A stretch of 64,000 nt of DNA from Selaginella moellendorffii (lineage: Eukaryota > Plantae > Lycopodiophyta): NCBI RefSeq assembly GCF_000143415.4, contig NW_003314294.1:1391812-1455811 (forward strand). The letters run 5' to 3'. The notes beneath the pieces are model-generated. The model was given only the letters and a program-made list of their open reading frames with translations, was not told where the DNA came from and searched no databases. Both the position numbers and the translations under genes were made by a program. Position 1 is the stretch's first letter. Every line of letters starts with the position of its first letter. Shown here in pieces: positions 26,151 through 37,759 of the stretch.

Positions 26151-28508
26151 ATGGATGGGCGATCGTCGCCTTCTTCCTCGCCCTGGGCGCCTGTGATCTG
26201 CAGCTCGCCACTGCATTCTGGCGGCCTCTCCATGGAGAATCCGTTCGAGATGTTCGACGAGGTGGGGAGGAGTCTCAAGTGGTTTAGTCTCTCTCGGAAT
26301 GCGCCCGACGCCCCGGTCGTCCATCGGCCCGTTCTTGAGGAAGTCTCATCGCAGGATAGCTACGATTCGGATTGTTCTAGCACCAGTAGCTGGAACAAGA
26401 ATCCGGAATCGCTGGCGATGCCGGACGAGCATTGCGAAGAACAGGAATCGTCTGTTTCAGAGCCTCTTCGATGTAGAGATGAATTGGTGATCCATCACAA
26501 GGTAAGTCATGTAGAATGGCTCTTTTACTGCTCTTTAAACTCTTTTCTGTTTCAGAGCCCCGAGCCAAAAATCGAAGAAATTTACGATGAACCTTGTGTT
26601 AAGGAAGACATTGAGACTGTGAGTCCCTCCCATATATTTGTTAAGAAGTCCTAAAGTCCTTTGTGTAGCAGGAGGATCGATATTACAAAGACGAGCACGT
26701 CCAAGAGGTATTCGATAAAGCGTCTATGGTTTCTTTGACGCTTCTTTGCTTCTCCAGAGTAAGCGAGAGTCCTGTCTTTACTCGCAAATGCCACCTCCGG
26801 TGGAATCGGACAAGGATCCAGTTTCTGGATTAGTGCGTTCTTTCTTCCGCACTAAACTCGATGCTCGTAAAGTTCCGGATGTGATCTCTCACGACAAAAT
26901 CCCTGATACTGAAGCGTTGGAGAAGAAACTTGAAGTGCTCGAAGCTGAAAACTTAAGAGTGAAGAAAGAGAGCCAGCGCCTTATCAAGTTATTGAAGGTA
27001 TGGAAAGGTTCTGTGACCATCACGTGTCTGATCTCGTGCTGGCATTTTTCAGGAAAAGGAGGACGACTGTGCACGCTTTACTCAAGATAAGGCTGCATGG
27101 GAGAAACAGAGTGTGTCGAGCATTCAAGCATTTTGCTCTGAAAAAGAAGAGCTTGTAAGTGACGCATACTGTTACTTGTGCTTTGCATTGAAATGTATTG
27201 CAGCTCAAGGAACTCAAGCGGGAAAAGCGTTTGCTAGAAAAACGCTTTCAAGCCATGTCGCAGCTTCCGAATTCGCTTCCCAACAAGTCCGAGCGAAAGG
27301 AAATTGCTGATTTGAAAGCCAAGCTAATTGACGTGCATGAAGAGCATTTGAAGAAGGAAGCTCGCCTGCGGCTGACGGTACCATCCATGACTACACTCTT
27401 TTCTGTCACTGGCTTACTTTACTCTTACAGAATATCAGGCTTCGGAAGCTTGTGAAGGAGATGTCGGCCCGGCTAAACGAGAAAAAAGAGGAGGTATAAC
27501 TTTTCTCTGGCTACAAGCTAAGCCAGCTACTGATTGTTTTCCTCGTTTTGCTAGATCAAACGATATGAACGGCTGTTACAGGATTGGGATGTTCAAGAGG
27601 AGAAAGAGAAGCTGGAGAAGTCAGAAATAGTTCCTGGCTGCAAAACTATCAAGAAGATTGAATGCTTATCAAGCGAAAGGGCAGCTGTTGGATGTAGGAT
27701 CACAGGTGCTTTGTTTTATCAACGTCCTGACGGTCGTGCAAAGCAGAAGAAGGAAGGTGCCAGCAAGGACTCCTCAATACCGGCCTGTGGCAATAAGATA
27801 AAAGCTGCAAGCAACCCAAGCACGACTGAAAAAACTTGCACTTCTATTGTAGATGTATCAAGTGATGCAGTGGATTCAGCAAGTGACAAAAACCGCGCTA
27901 CATCGATATGTAAGGAAAAGTCTTCCAGTGAACCAGGAACGGAGGACGGCGCGTCCATGGACGGAACAGTGGTCGATGAGCTCATCACTGATCATGAATC
28001 TGGTAAAACAGCTGGTTGCGACTTCTTCAACTTTTTTTCTGATGTTTGTCATTTTTCTGTTGTAGGTTCAGACGTGCTTTTTGAGGACAAAACGAGAAGC
28101 AAGGAGAATACATGTAGAGAGAATGGCATTCGGGGAGCACAGAGAAGATCGCTGGTTTTCACGGATGGTACTCGAGAAGAAGTAAGTTTTCTGTTTGGCT
28201 TATTGAAACCTTACAAATATGATACCAGGAGTATCAAGACGGCCTTGCGTGTCTTTACTTTCCGAATGGAGATATCAAGAACTCTCTTGCAGATGGTACT
28301 ACGGAATATTACTACTCGGAAATCGATACATGGCACACCACGAAGCCTGATGGCGTCGAGATATTTTACTTCCCTCACAACCAGGTGAGTTAGCTTGCTC
28401 AGAGTAGCGTCTTAGGCTTAATTCAGTTTGTTCCAGATCGAAGAGCACTGGCCAGATGGACACAAAAGGATTATATTTCCAGATGGAACATCCACAGTTG
28501 AGTCCTAG
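26151..28508 (+). CDS. SAS4: Centriole protein SAS-4/CPAP/CENPJ homologue (coiled coil + C-terminal TCP10 G-box)
   Basis: Coiled-coil exons LKELKREKRLLEK..ERKEIADLKAKL..KKEARLRLT. The last exons translate YFPNGDIKNSLADGTTEYYYSEIDTWHTTKPDGVEIFYFPHNQIEEHWPDGHKRIIFPDG, the Tcp10_C repeats. Confidence 0.85.
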
Positions 28509-28994
28509 TTGTTGCATCAACTCCTCAATAAAAAAGGTTAGTTCTTATTCATTTCTGGCTGTCTACCGAATTGAAAGCTTTTTTGTTTCCATGCACCGGT
28601 TAGAACACTACTGCTGCCGCCGCACCTAGAAGTCCATTGTTTGTTATAGAAAGCTGGGCTGATCTGATGCAAGATCACTGGCGTCGTCATGATTGCAACT
28701 GCTGCACTATTCACTACCAAGACAACGATTTGCTACTGGAGAAGAATCGTTGGGTCAAGCCTATCGCGGTGGACAGAAGATGACGGGCTACCGACTTGTA
28801 AGGGATTCATCTCCCATAAGCTTCAGATTTCTGTTAAAACGGGACACACCACCCAGGTACAAACCTTCAATCGCAAGAGCTCATCTGAGTCGTTTGTGTT
28901 TCAGGTATCCACGGATAAAGTCGAGCCACGTTATGTGGAAGGCTGGGATATAAGGTTCCCAAGACGGTAGCTCAGGCCGGGCAAGAAGGCAACC

Positions 28995-30985
28995 ATGTCG
29001 TCGTCTTCCGGTTCGACGGGTAACTCCCTGCTGAGGATCGCCATGCCGGTAGCGTCTTCTCTCATTCTTGCTTACTATGTCTTCACATTGCCCATGTCGT
29101 TCATGGGAGGAGGGGGCAGTGGGGATGTCAGGAGTGAAATCACAGGGAATTTGCAAGTTCCGGTTCAGACCAAGGTGGAGGTTTCGGTTGCTCCTCCGGT
29201 ATCTATAGCTCTGGCCGCTCCAAGGCAAGCCAAGGAAACGCCCAAGTCGAGCAAGGGACCTGCATTGGAGGACAAGGCAAGCAAAGATCGGGAAGAAGCA
29301 GTTCCCAAGCTCAAGAGCTCGGCACCCAAGAAGACGGCAGGCACGAATTCTCCTCCACCGACAGAGCCAAGGCTTAAAGATCCGGAATTGCCGTTGAAGA
29401 AGCCAGCGGCATCTCAGGATTTAGACGAAAAGGACGCTGCCAGCAGCACAGATCCGGTCCCTATTCCAGATGACATGGAAACCAAGGTGGATGCGCGTCG
29501 CACAGAAGCGAAGAAGGAGAATGTAGAGGATTTGAGTACGCAGGAATTAGCCACTCAAGAGGATTTAACAGGAGAAGAGCTCGGAGTTGACATTGATGAG
29601 GAGACAGGTGTGGGAACGGGAGTTTTCCACTCTTTTGCCATTTTCAAGAAGAATTATCAGCAAATGTTGAAGAGGTTCAAGATTTTCATCTATCCAGACG
29701 GTGATCCAAATACTTACTATCAAACACCACGGAAAATCACAGGCAAATATGCTAGCGAAGGTTATTTCTTCCAAAACCTGCGAGAGAGCAAGTTCGTCAC
29801 CAAAAATCCGAACAAGGCTCATCTCTTCTTCATCCCCATCTCGTGCCACAAGATGCGAGGAAAGGTACCATGTTTACATTTTTTTCTTCTATTGCTGGAG
29901 ATTATCTTACCTCAAACTGGAACAAAATGCAGGGAATTTCTTACGAGAAGATGGCGGATATTGTCCAGGAATACGTGGAAGGCCTGATCGTCAAGTATCC
30001 ATATTGGAACAGGACGCTCGGTGCAGACCACTTCTTTGTAACCTGTCATGACGTCGGGGCGAGAGCCACAAACAAAGTTGCAAACCTGGTCAAGAACTCG
30101 ATACGTGTGGTGTGTTCTCCCAGCTACAATGGAGATTTCATCCCCCACAAGGACATCGCCATGCCTCAGGTTTTGCAACCATTCGCTTTACCTCGAGGAG
30201 GAAACGACGTCAGAAACAGGTACTCTTGATATTCATTCAACCATGTATGCACTTCCTGGTCCTCACCCTGCGCAGAACAATTCTTGGATTCTGGGCCGGT
30301 CATCGAAATTCTAAGATCCGAGTGGTTTTAGCCAAGCTGTGGGAAGAGGACGATGTTCTAGCCATCAGTAATAACCGGATCAGCAGAGCCACTGGAGAGC
30401 TTGTGTACCAGAAGCAGTTTTATAGGAGCAAATTTTGCATTTGTCCTGGCGGCTCACAAGTCAACAGCGCACGCATCGTCGACTCTATACATTACGGATG
30501 CGTGCCAGGTCTTTCTTTCTAAGTGCTACCATGTGCTCGCCTGACCTCGCGTTTCATGTCACACCAGTGATTCTCTCAGATCATTACGATCTTCCTTTCA
30601 ACGATGTGCTGGACTGGAAAAGATTCGCGTTGCTTTTAAGAGAGCGGGACGTCGGCGATCTTAAGTTGAAGCTCCAATCTGTCNNNNNNNNNNNNNNNNN
30701 NNNNNNNNNNNNNNNNNNNNNNNNNNNNNNNNNNNNNNNNNNNNNNNNNNNNNNNNNNNNNNNNNNNNNNNNNNNNNNNNNNNTACTTATCGTTGCACAG
30801 GGGACTCGTTGAGGTTGTTTTTCTTTTCTTTCTTTCTTTTTTCTTCTCGTGTTCTTATTGCCAGCCTTTTTCGACAGGTTCAAGATAGATTTGAATGGCA
30901 TACACCGCCCAGGCCTTATGACGCCTTCCACATGGTGGTGTACGAGTTGTGGTTAAGGCACTTCACCGTGCAATACAAGAAATGA
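28995..30985 (+). CDS. Exostosin family glycosyltransferase (GT47), type II membrane protein
   Basis: N-terminal TM and long stem; FKIFIYPDGD..YASEGYFF; YPYWNRTLGADHFFVTCHD; SKFCICPGG..GCVP; YDAFHMVVYELWLR. Contains a 100-N gap. Confidence 0.93.
30684..30783. other. Assembly gap (100 N) inside an exostosin exon
   Basis: Run of N. Confidence 1.
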
Positions 30986-31842
30986 GAATGACAGGGAAGT
31001 TATTTTTTCCTTTGTCTTGGTGGACACTGTCTTGTTTTCCAGATTCTAAGAAACTCATACATGGATCCCTCGAAGGACAAACGGCATTGTCACATCGTTC
31101 TCCTTTTAGGCCCGTCTACTGGTCATACCTTCACAGTAACTTGTAGTCGTGCGCCTTCATCAAACGGCTGGAGGTGCAGCTGGAATGCAGGTGTTTCATA
31201 CGGGTTCCTTGATGACCTGCATCCCTGCACAGTATAGGTTGCCAGGAACAGGGGTTGTAACTTGGTGTTGGTGGCAAGGGTAACTCATCGATTGGTGGAC
31301 TGAGCAGAGGTGGTGGCAATGAAAGCTCATAGCTTGGTGATGGTGCAGGAGTGGGGCTTAACGTTCTCCTCCACATGTGTCAAGTTCATGAACTTCCAAC
31401 AAGTCTTGATCATGTGTTTGTTAATGTTGATGAAGATTGGCATTCTTGTCACCTAGACCAATTTACAGAGAATCACAAGAAACATATAGGAGTTTTAATT
31501 TTATGTTCATCTGGCTAAATATAAATGTTAAATTTAATTTGGGTTAATAAGGATATATAGGGAGAGAGCTAGAGCCCCAACTCCCTGAATAAAAATCAAC
31601 CCCATCCAAAAGATTTCTATAAATTAGCAAATGAGACTATGCCCCTTCAAAAGCCTTATTCATTAGTTTTAGGTCATTTTTAGCAAGTTAACTTCTAAAC
31701 TTCAATACCTGGGTTTAATCTATAACCATAGATAACCATAAAGATAACTATTATAGATTACTATCTTGTTGACCAATTTTTGGAATTTAAAGAAATGTAT
31801 TACATTATTGATTTACAAGATTTATTGTAAGGGATACAAAAG

Positions 31843-33410
31843 CTATTCTTTATTACTATTTTTATACTCTATGACAAGCTCATGGGCATGTGTAAGATTA
31901 CTAAAAGGCTCCCAAGTAGATTTACACATTAAGTAACTATGCCATTTGATTAGGTACTCATGACGTTTAGAATGTTTAGTCCAACGACTAACTAAAATAG
32001 CTTCAACTTCATACTCAAGTTCACCATTAACAACTACTGGTGGGAGATGAATGATTGTAGAGCATTCTATACAAGCATGATATAGTGCTAGTAAATTGAC
32101 ATGAAATATATCATATACATAGGATAACTCATTTGAAAGATCCAATTTATAGAATACATCACCAAACCATTTTAATACCTAGTAGGGCCCAATATATCTT
32201 GGTAATAACTTCCAAGATAAAAACCCCTTAACATGCTAGTTTCAGGAAGATAGGATCTTAATCTCCTACTTGGTAGAATATATCTTTATGATGTGTTTTA
32301 GGTTTTCATTGTGATGAAGCAAGAGTTGAGTTTTATCACGTCAATACCTATCTTAAGGTTTGCCCATTGCCTTAATAACCCTAGACCAACCTTAGTGCAA
32401 TTATTCTGTATAAGTCTCAATAGTTGGGACCAACACTTTAGACATTGGTTTTAATATAAGAATTTGCTAAGGAACTCCACAAGCATTTCCTTGTAGCATC
32501 TTCTATGGAGAACAATTAATAGTGTTTTGAAATATGTTGTTGTAATAGATTTCTATTGTGTTCAAATACTCAACCCAATTGTGTTGGTCCATCGCAACAT
32601 AGTATTGTAGATAATCTTTAATATGAGCATTCATATGTTCGGTTTGCCTATTAATTTGAGGATGATAAGCTATACTAAATTTTAACTTAGAACCAAATAA
32701 TTGGATCAGTGTGCCCCAAAACTTCCCTATAAATCTCAAATCGTTATTCAAGATCATATATTCGAGAAGACTATGAACTTGTATTACTTTATGAAAAAAG
32801 AGCTTTACCATTTACTTTGTATTCACTATTTCTATAGTTTGAATGAAGTGTGCAATCTTTGATAATCAATCCACAACTACTATCAAAGTACTATAACCTT
32901 TAGACTTTGATAAGCAAGTGACAAAATCAAGTGTCACACTCTAAAATGACCATACCAATGCTAGAATGCATTATGATTTCCTAGCTTGCTTCTTAGTTCT
33001 TCGCTTATAGAGCAAAAATGGACATAATCCACTATATCACCTTCCATACTAAACAAAAAAAATCCCTTTTTTAATGAGGCAAGAATCTTTCATTTACCAC
33101 TATGTTCCATTGTTGAAACATCATGATGTTTTAGAATCAACTATCACAAGTCCTTGGACAAAAGATACAATCTTTCTTACTTATAATAAATAAACCCATC
33201 CTTAAGTAAGAAGTGAAGTTTTTCATTAGTGCGAGCAATTTTGCCGCTTCACTAGCAAAGTTCTACTTCAACAACTCTACATGGTGCAATATTGCCTTTG
33301 CCAACGTATCACTTCTATCCTCCAACCAATAAGAACTAATTGCCGACATTACCTAGAACTAAGCCTGACGACTCAACGCATCTAGAACAATATTGTCTTT
33401 ACAAAGTTTA
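31843..33410 (-). mobile_element. Degenerate chromovirus fragment (end of RH, IN, chromodomain), same family as the 7-14 kb element
   Basis: KFSIAYHPQINRQTEH; EYEVEAILVSRW..EYLIKWHSY..STWEP. Truncated at 33410 by an LTR beginning TGTGAG. Confidence 0.88.
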
Positions 33411-35730
33411 TGTGAGACACAAATCCCAAAGCCTCAAAAGTGGAGCTGAAAGGGTGCCACGTGGTAGTGGCTGAAGCAAAAGCTAAACGAGAGTAACACA
33501 TTTGAGGATGGTCCAAAGTTGAGTTGAGCTCACAAGTTGAGCTCAATTTAGCTCAAGTCAATATTAGTCAACATAGTCAACTATAAGTCTTATAAGGAAA
33601 TATTAAGTTAGAAATATGTTATTCTTTGGTGAACTTGAAATTTATGAATTTAAGTATCAATGGTTTAGAGAAATTTCTATTTTTGAATCTTTCTAATGCA
33701 ATTTATACAATAAAATACTATTTTTAGAATTAGAAGTTCGTCTAAACCCATAGAAATTTTTGAGCTTTATTGGTCTCAAATAAAAATGGGAATATTGAAG
33801 TTCAAATGAACCTAAAATTTCTATTGTACATTTCAACATTTTAACATTTCAACAATTGACCAGAAATATATAAATAATTCGAAACACTGATTCACTTGTT
33901 CATTTTTTAGGTTTTACAGAGATGGGAAGCAAGGAAGACAAAAAATTTATAAGTATTTCTAACATTTAAAAATGTGAAAATGTTAATTTTGTTTCACTAC
34001 CACAATCTTTATATTACACACCTGGTCCTTATTACCCATCCGGAAATGTGGAGACCACTATCACTATTGATAAAAATGCTCCTGTTACTTCCAAAATAAC
34101 AGTCTAGAGCAAGAGAAAAGAAGAAATGGACAACATAGTGGAAAACACTAATAAATCCACTCTATAAACCTTTCAATGGCTTTTGTAATCCATTAAAATA
34201 TTATTAAAAAAAAGTAAATTTTTTTATATATATTTTATTTCTTTCGATATGTTTTGTCTTTGCAAAGAGTATAAATGTGTAGTATATATGATGTAGACAA
34301 ATCAAAGAGTTAAGTCTATATATGATTTTGGGATTGAAAGGTAATCTTGCAAAAAGGCATATTCGTGTGCCTGTGTGCATTTGCCATTATTATATATGGT
34401 AGGCCAGCTATATAAAATAAGGCTACGTATTAATTATGTGCTAGTTTTTAGGTTCTAGAACTCTATAGTCACTTGTCTCTTATAGTAGGTTGTAATTACT
34501 AAGACTGACAATTATGATTCAATATATTGTCATGTCATAATAAAACATCATTCCCGAGATTGAAATATAGTATATTAATCAAATAATTCTTATTGCTGGG
34601 AAGTTTAATTCTTCTTGTGTATTGCAATGGTTAGGAAGAAATTTACTTTTGGTCCTAGAGGCCTCTCATATGAGTTTTCACCTTCATCTCCAATCTCAAC
34701 CAATAATCCACCTTCACCTCTACGCAACAATCTTCTTTTTCATTTTGAGAGCTATTGTGAGGCTCTTTTATTTGCAACCTTGATTGCAACTAAACAAGAA
34801 TTCCTTCCTTATAATGTTGTTAAAAGAGTTGAATTGCTTCTAATGCTTCAAGAGCGATGTCAATATTTTCTTCAAGATCTTGCTCTAGATATGGCAAGAG
34901 AGCTTAATGTAGAGACATATTATCTTTAGTGTCTTATATGCAACTTTTATTTAAACAAAACAAATGGTTGCATAGGTTTGGTAAATTTTATTGAGCATTG
35001 TTGCAAATGCCCAAGAGCAAGTTTAGAAGGTATGCACGTGTGGATGTATAAGAAAATCAAGAAAGAATTAAAAACACACAGCTATTATGATTTCATGGTG
35101 GAGAACAATATTCCATTGGTGAACACTGCATCAATAAGTGCTGAATATAGGATATTTAAGCCACCCTTTAATGTAATGTGAAAGTCATGCATAGTTTTTT
35201 CAAAAGGTTAATTCTTTATGAGTAAAGTGGAGAATCTTATATTTTCGAGAATGATATTATTCTAGCATGTATAAAGATATTATTATATATACAAGTGGTT
35301 TTGACAATGTTATAATTCTGAAGTCCCATTTTTGAGACTGACAATTTAAACTTTCAAGAACCCCTAGATCTTTTCTTAGTATAAATACCAACAAGGGATG
35401 CTTTCAACATTGAAATTTCAATTTGTTTAGAGTGTAGGAATGGCTAGGGAAAATGTTATTGCTACTCGCACTTGGCCCCCATGCATTTTATATGAGTCTC
35501 CACCTCCGTCTCCAACTTCTACCAACATTCCACCCTTCCCTCCACACAACAATCATTGTGAGGCTTTTTCTTTTGTAGCCCCAAGTACTGAATAAGAGAT
35601 CTTTCTTCTAGATAATGTTCTAGATGTTGTTACTAAAGATGAATTGCCTCATGTGCTTCAAGAGCGATGCCAGATGTTTCTTCAAGATCTTATTCTAGAT
35701 ATGGTTGAAACTTTTGAAAAATCACATAAA

Positions 35731-37560
35731 CTAAGGTTGGCCAAATTGTTTATCAAATAGAGTCGTGCTTGTGGCCTTCTTTGGCAGCCAATTTTCTCCA
35801 AGTTTTGTAAGCTCAATAGTAACAAAGTCCTTGAATAGAAGTTGCTCAGGATCATCCCCTATGAAAGGCACTAGAAACATCTCTCCTTCATATATAATTT
35901 GTGAAATGTAGATGGTCCTCCTCATCACAGTTTCCATTATATTGTCCAAACCTTTTTCTCCTTCCTTGAGTCTGCTATTGAGGTTGTTTAGAATGTGTAT
36001 CTGTTCCTTATATGTAAGCTTTGACTTTGAGATGTTGTAAATAATCTCATCTGGAGTCTTGCCCACTAAGAAATAACTTTTGTGAGTAACCTTCATGTAA
36101 ACGCAAACAATACTTACTTTCATGACAAATAATCTCTATTATGATATCAAACCTCTCCTTTGGGTGTTGAGGGTTAGCCATACTAAGTAATTTCTTTACC
36201 TTTGTCTTCTTTGTGATGTTGATTTTTTTGTCAATTGCATCTAAATGCTCTGAGAGTTCTTGATCATTTTCAGCTCGATGCGACTATGTATATACATCTT
36301 GCCTAACCTTCACCAATGGCTGAAGACAACACAAACTTTCTATGATAAGAAGTATACTTGGAAGAACATACTTTACTTCACACAGCTGTCATAAAAGCCA
36401 TTGGATTCTTGTATCATCTATTGGCATCTTGACAACCTTGTTAATGCTGAATAAGTGATGATAAATCATCACCATAGTGGCTGCAAACTGCATCCTTGTC
36501 GAGATTGGCAAGAAACCAGATCTGCTCGATATCATGTACTAGGCTTTGTTTCTATATTGCAAACTATCCCAGCTTGCAAAACACAAATTGTTAAAAGTGA
36601 TAAGAGGGAGAGGTACTTACGCATTAATTTTGTGGCAAGCTATCACAAGCTTTGCCATATCTAGAGATCTTCTCGCGTATACTTGTCCAACTGAAACATT
36701 AATGTGATAGACAAGATTGTTTCGGAAGCATTTATTGATGCACTTCATCCATGCACACTAGTGATGATTCTCGTTGATAATGTAGAACATTTTCCCCATA
36801 AATTGTTGAGTCTTAGGATGGCTCATAAGCATGTTGTCAAATTCGTGGGACTTCATTTTCCAAATGTCATCCCAAACCCTCGATTTCTGGTGACACTGAG
36901 AGGGTATTTGTTGTTCCTAGCTTGAAAACTAAAACAAGGAACATACTTATATTTGTCCCAAGGCTATTTTGTTTGTATACAATATAGATGTCCATGTTGA
37001 TGAAGTAAGGTGAAGCAGATATGTTGACGATGCTTGTCTGAGTGAATCAACATGGTGGGATTTCTCGAATCATGTCTCCTAGGCCTTCCCACTTGAGAAA
37101 CTCTAGAGTCGTGTGAATGGCCTTTTCTTTGGCTCTCAAAATTGTCTTTTGGAAGCACTTGTCTACAATATGTTCAGGTAGCTCCACTTTTCTTTCAATT
37201 TCAGCTACACCTCCAATAACACCATTATTAGATCTAGCCCCCAGCTTGGGCCCAAAACCCCTGTCAGGCGCACCTAGGCACTGCTCCATATCTGCCATAT
37301 TTTGCGAATATGTTAAGAGTAGTGGCATTTGTGGTTGTGGTAGCAATGGTAGTGATGATAATGGTTGCAATGGCACTGCTGGTGGTGATGATGGTGGCGG
37401 TGGTGGTGGTAATGGCAATGATGGTGGTGGTGGTAATGGTGGTGATGATGATGGTGGTAATGGTGGTGATGAAGGTAGAGGTGGCAATGGCGGTGAAGGT
37501 GGTGGCAGCGGTAATGGTGGTGGTGGCAAAAATGGGGGTGCATGTGGACTGGAGCTAAGA
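35731..37560 (-). pseudogene. Spliced, Pro-rich gene of unknown function inside the MULE (accessory or captured gene)
   Basis: ORF 37047-37529 (poly-Pro followed by a globular segment) and ORF 35731-36123. Minus-strand GTAAG/GTATG donors and AG acceptors lie between them. Confidence 0.5.
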
Positions 37561-37759
37561 CGGCAGAGTTGTCACTATCAAAATCTCTATCTAAAGGTCA
37601 AATTAATTGTCATTCTGGATCCCATCTTTCTCATGTCTTGTTCTCTTTGATTTAATATCCTTATCCTTGTGTTATTTTTGTTTCTGAAAATAAAAAAAAC
37701 TCCTTATAAAATAAAAATGCATGAGAAGTGATTGCATGGTGGTTCATTGGTACATTGGC

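Noticed and set aside
37117-37650. Gly-rich + strand ORF and His-rich alternative frame
   Set aside because: Antisense or alternate frames of a (CCA)n-type tract. Splice signals and neighbouring exons favour the minus-strand Pro-rich frame.
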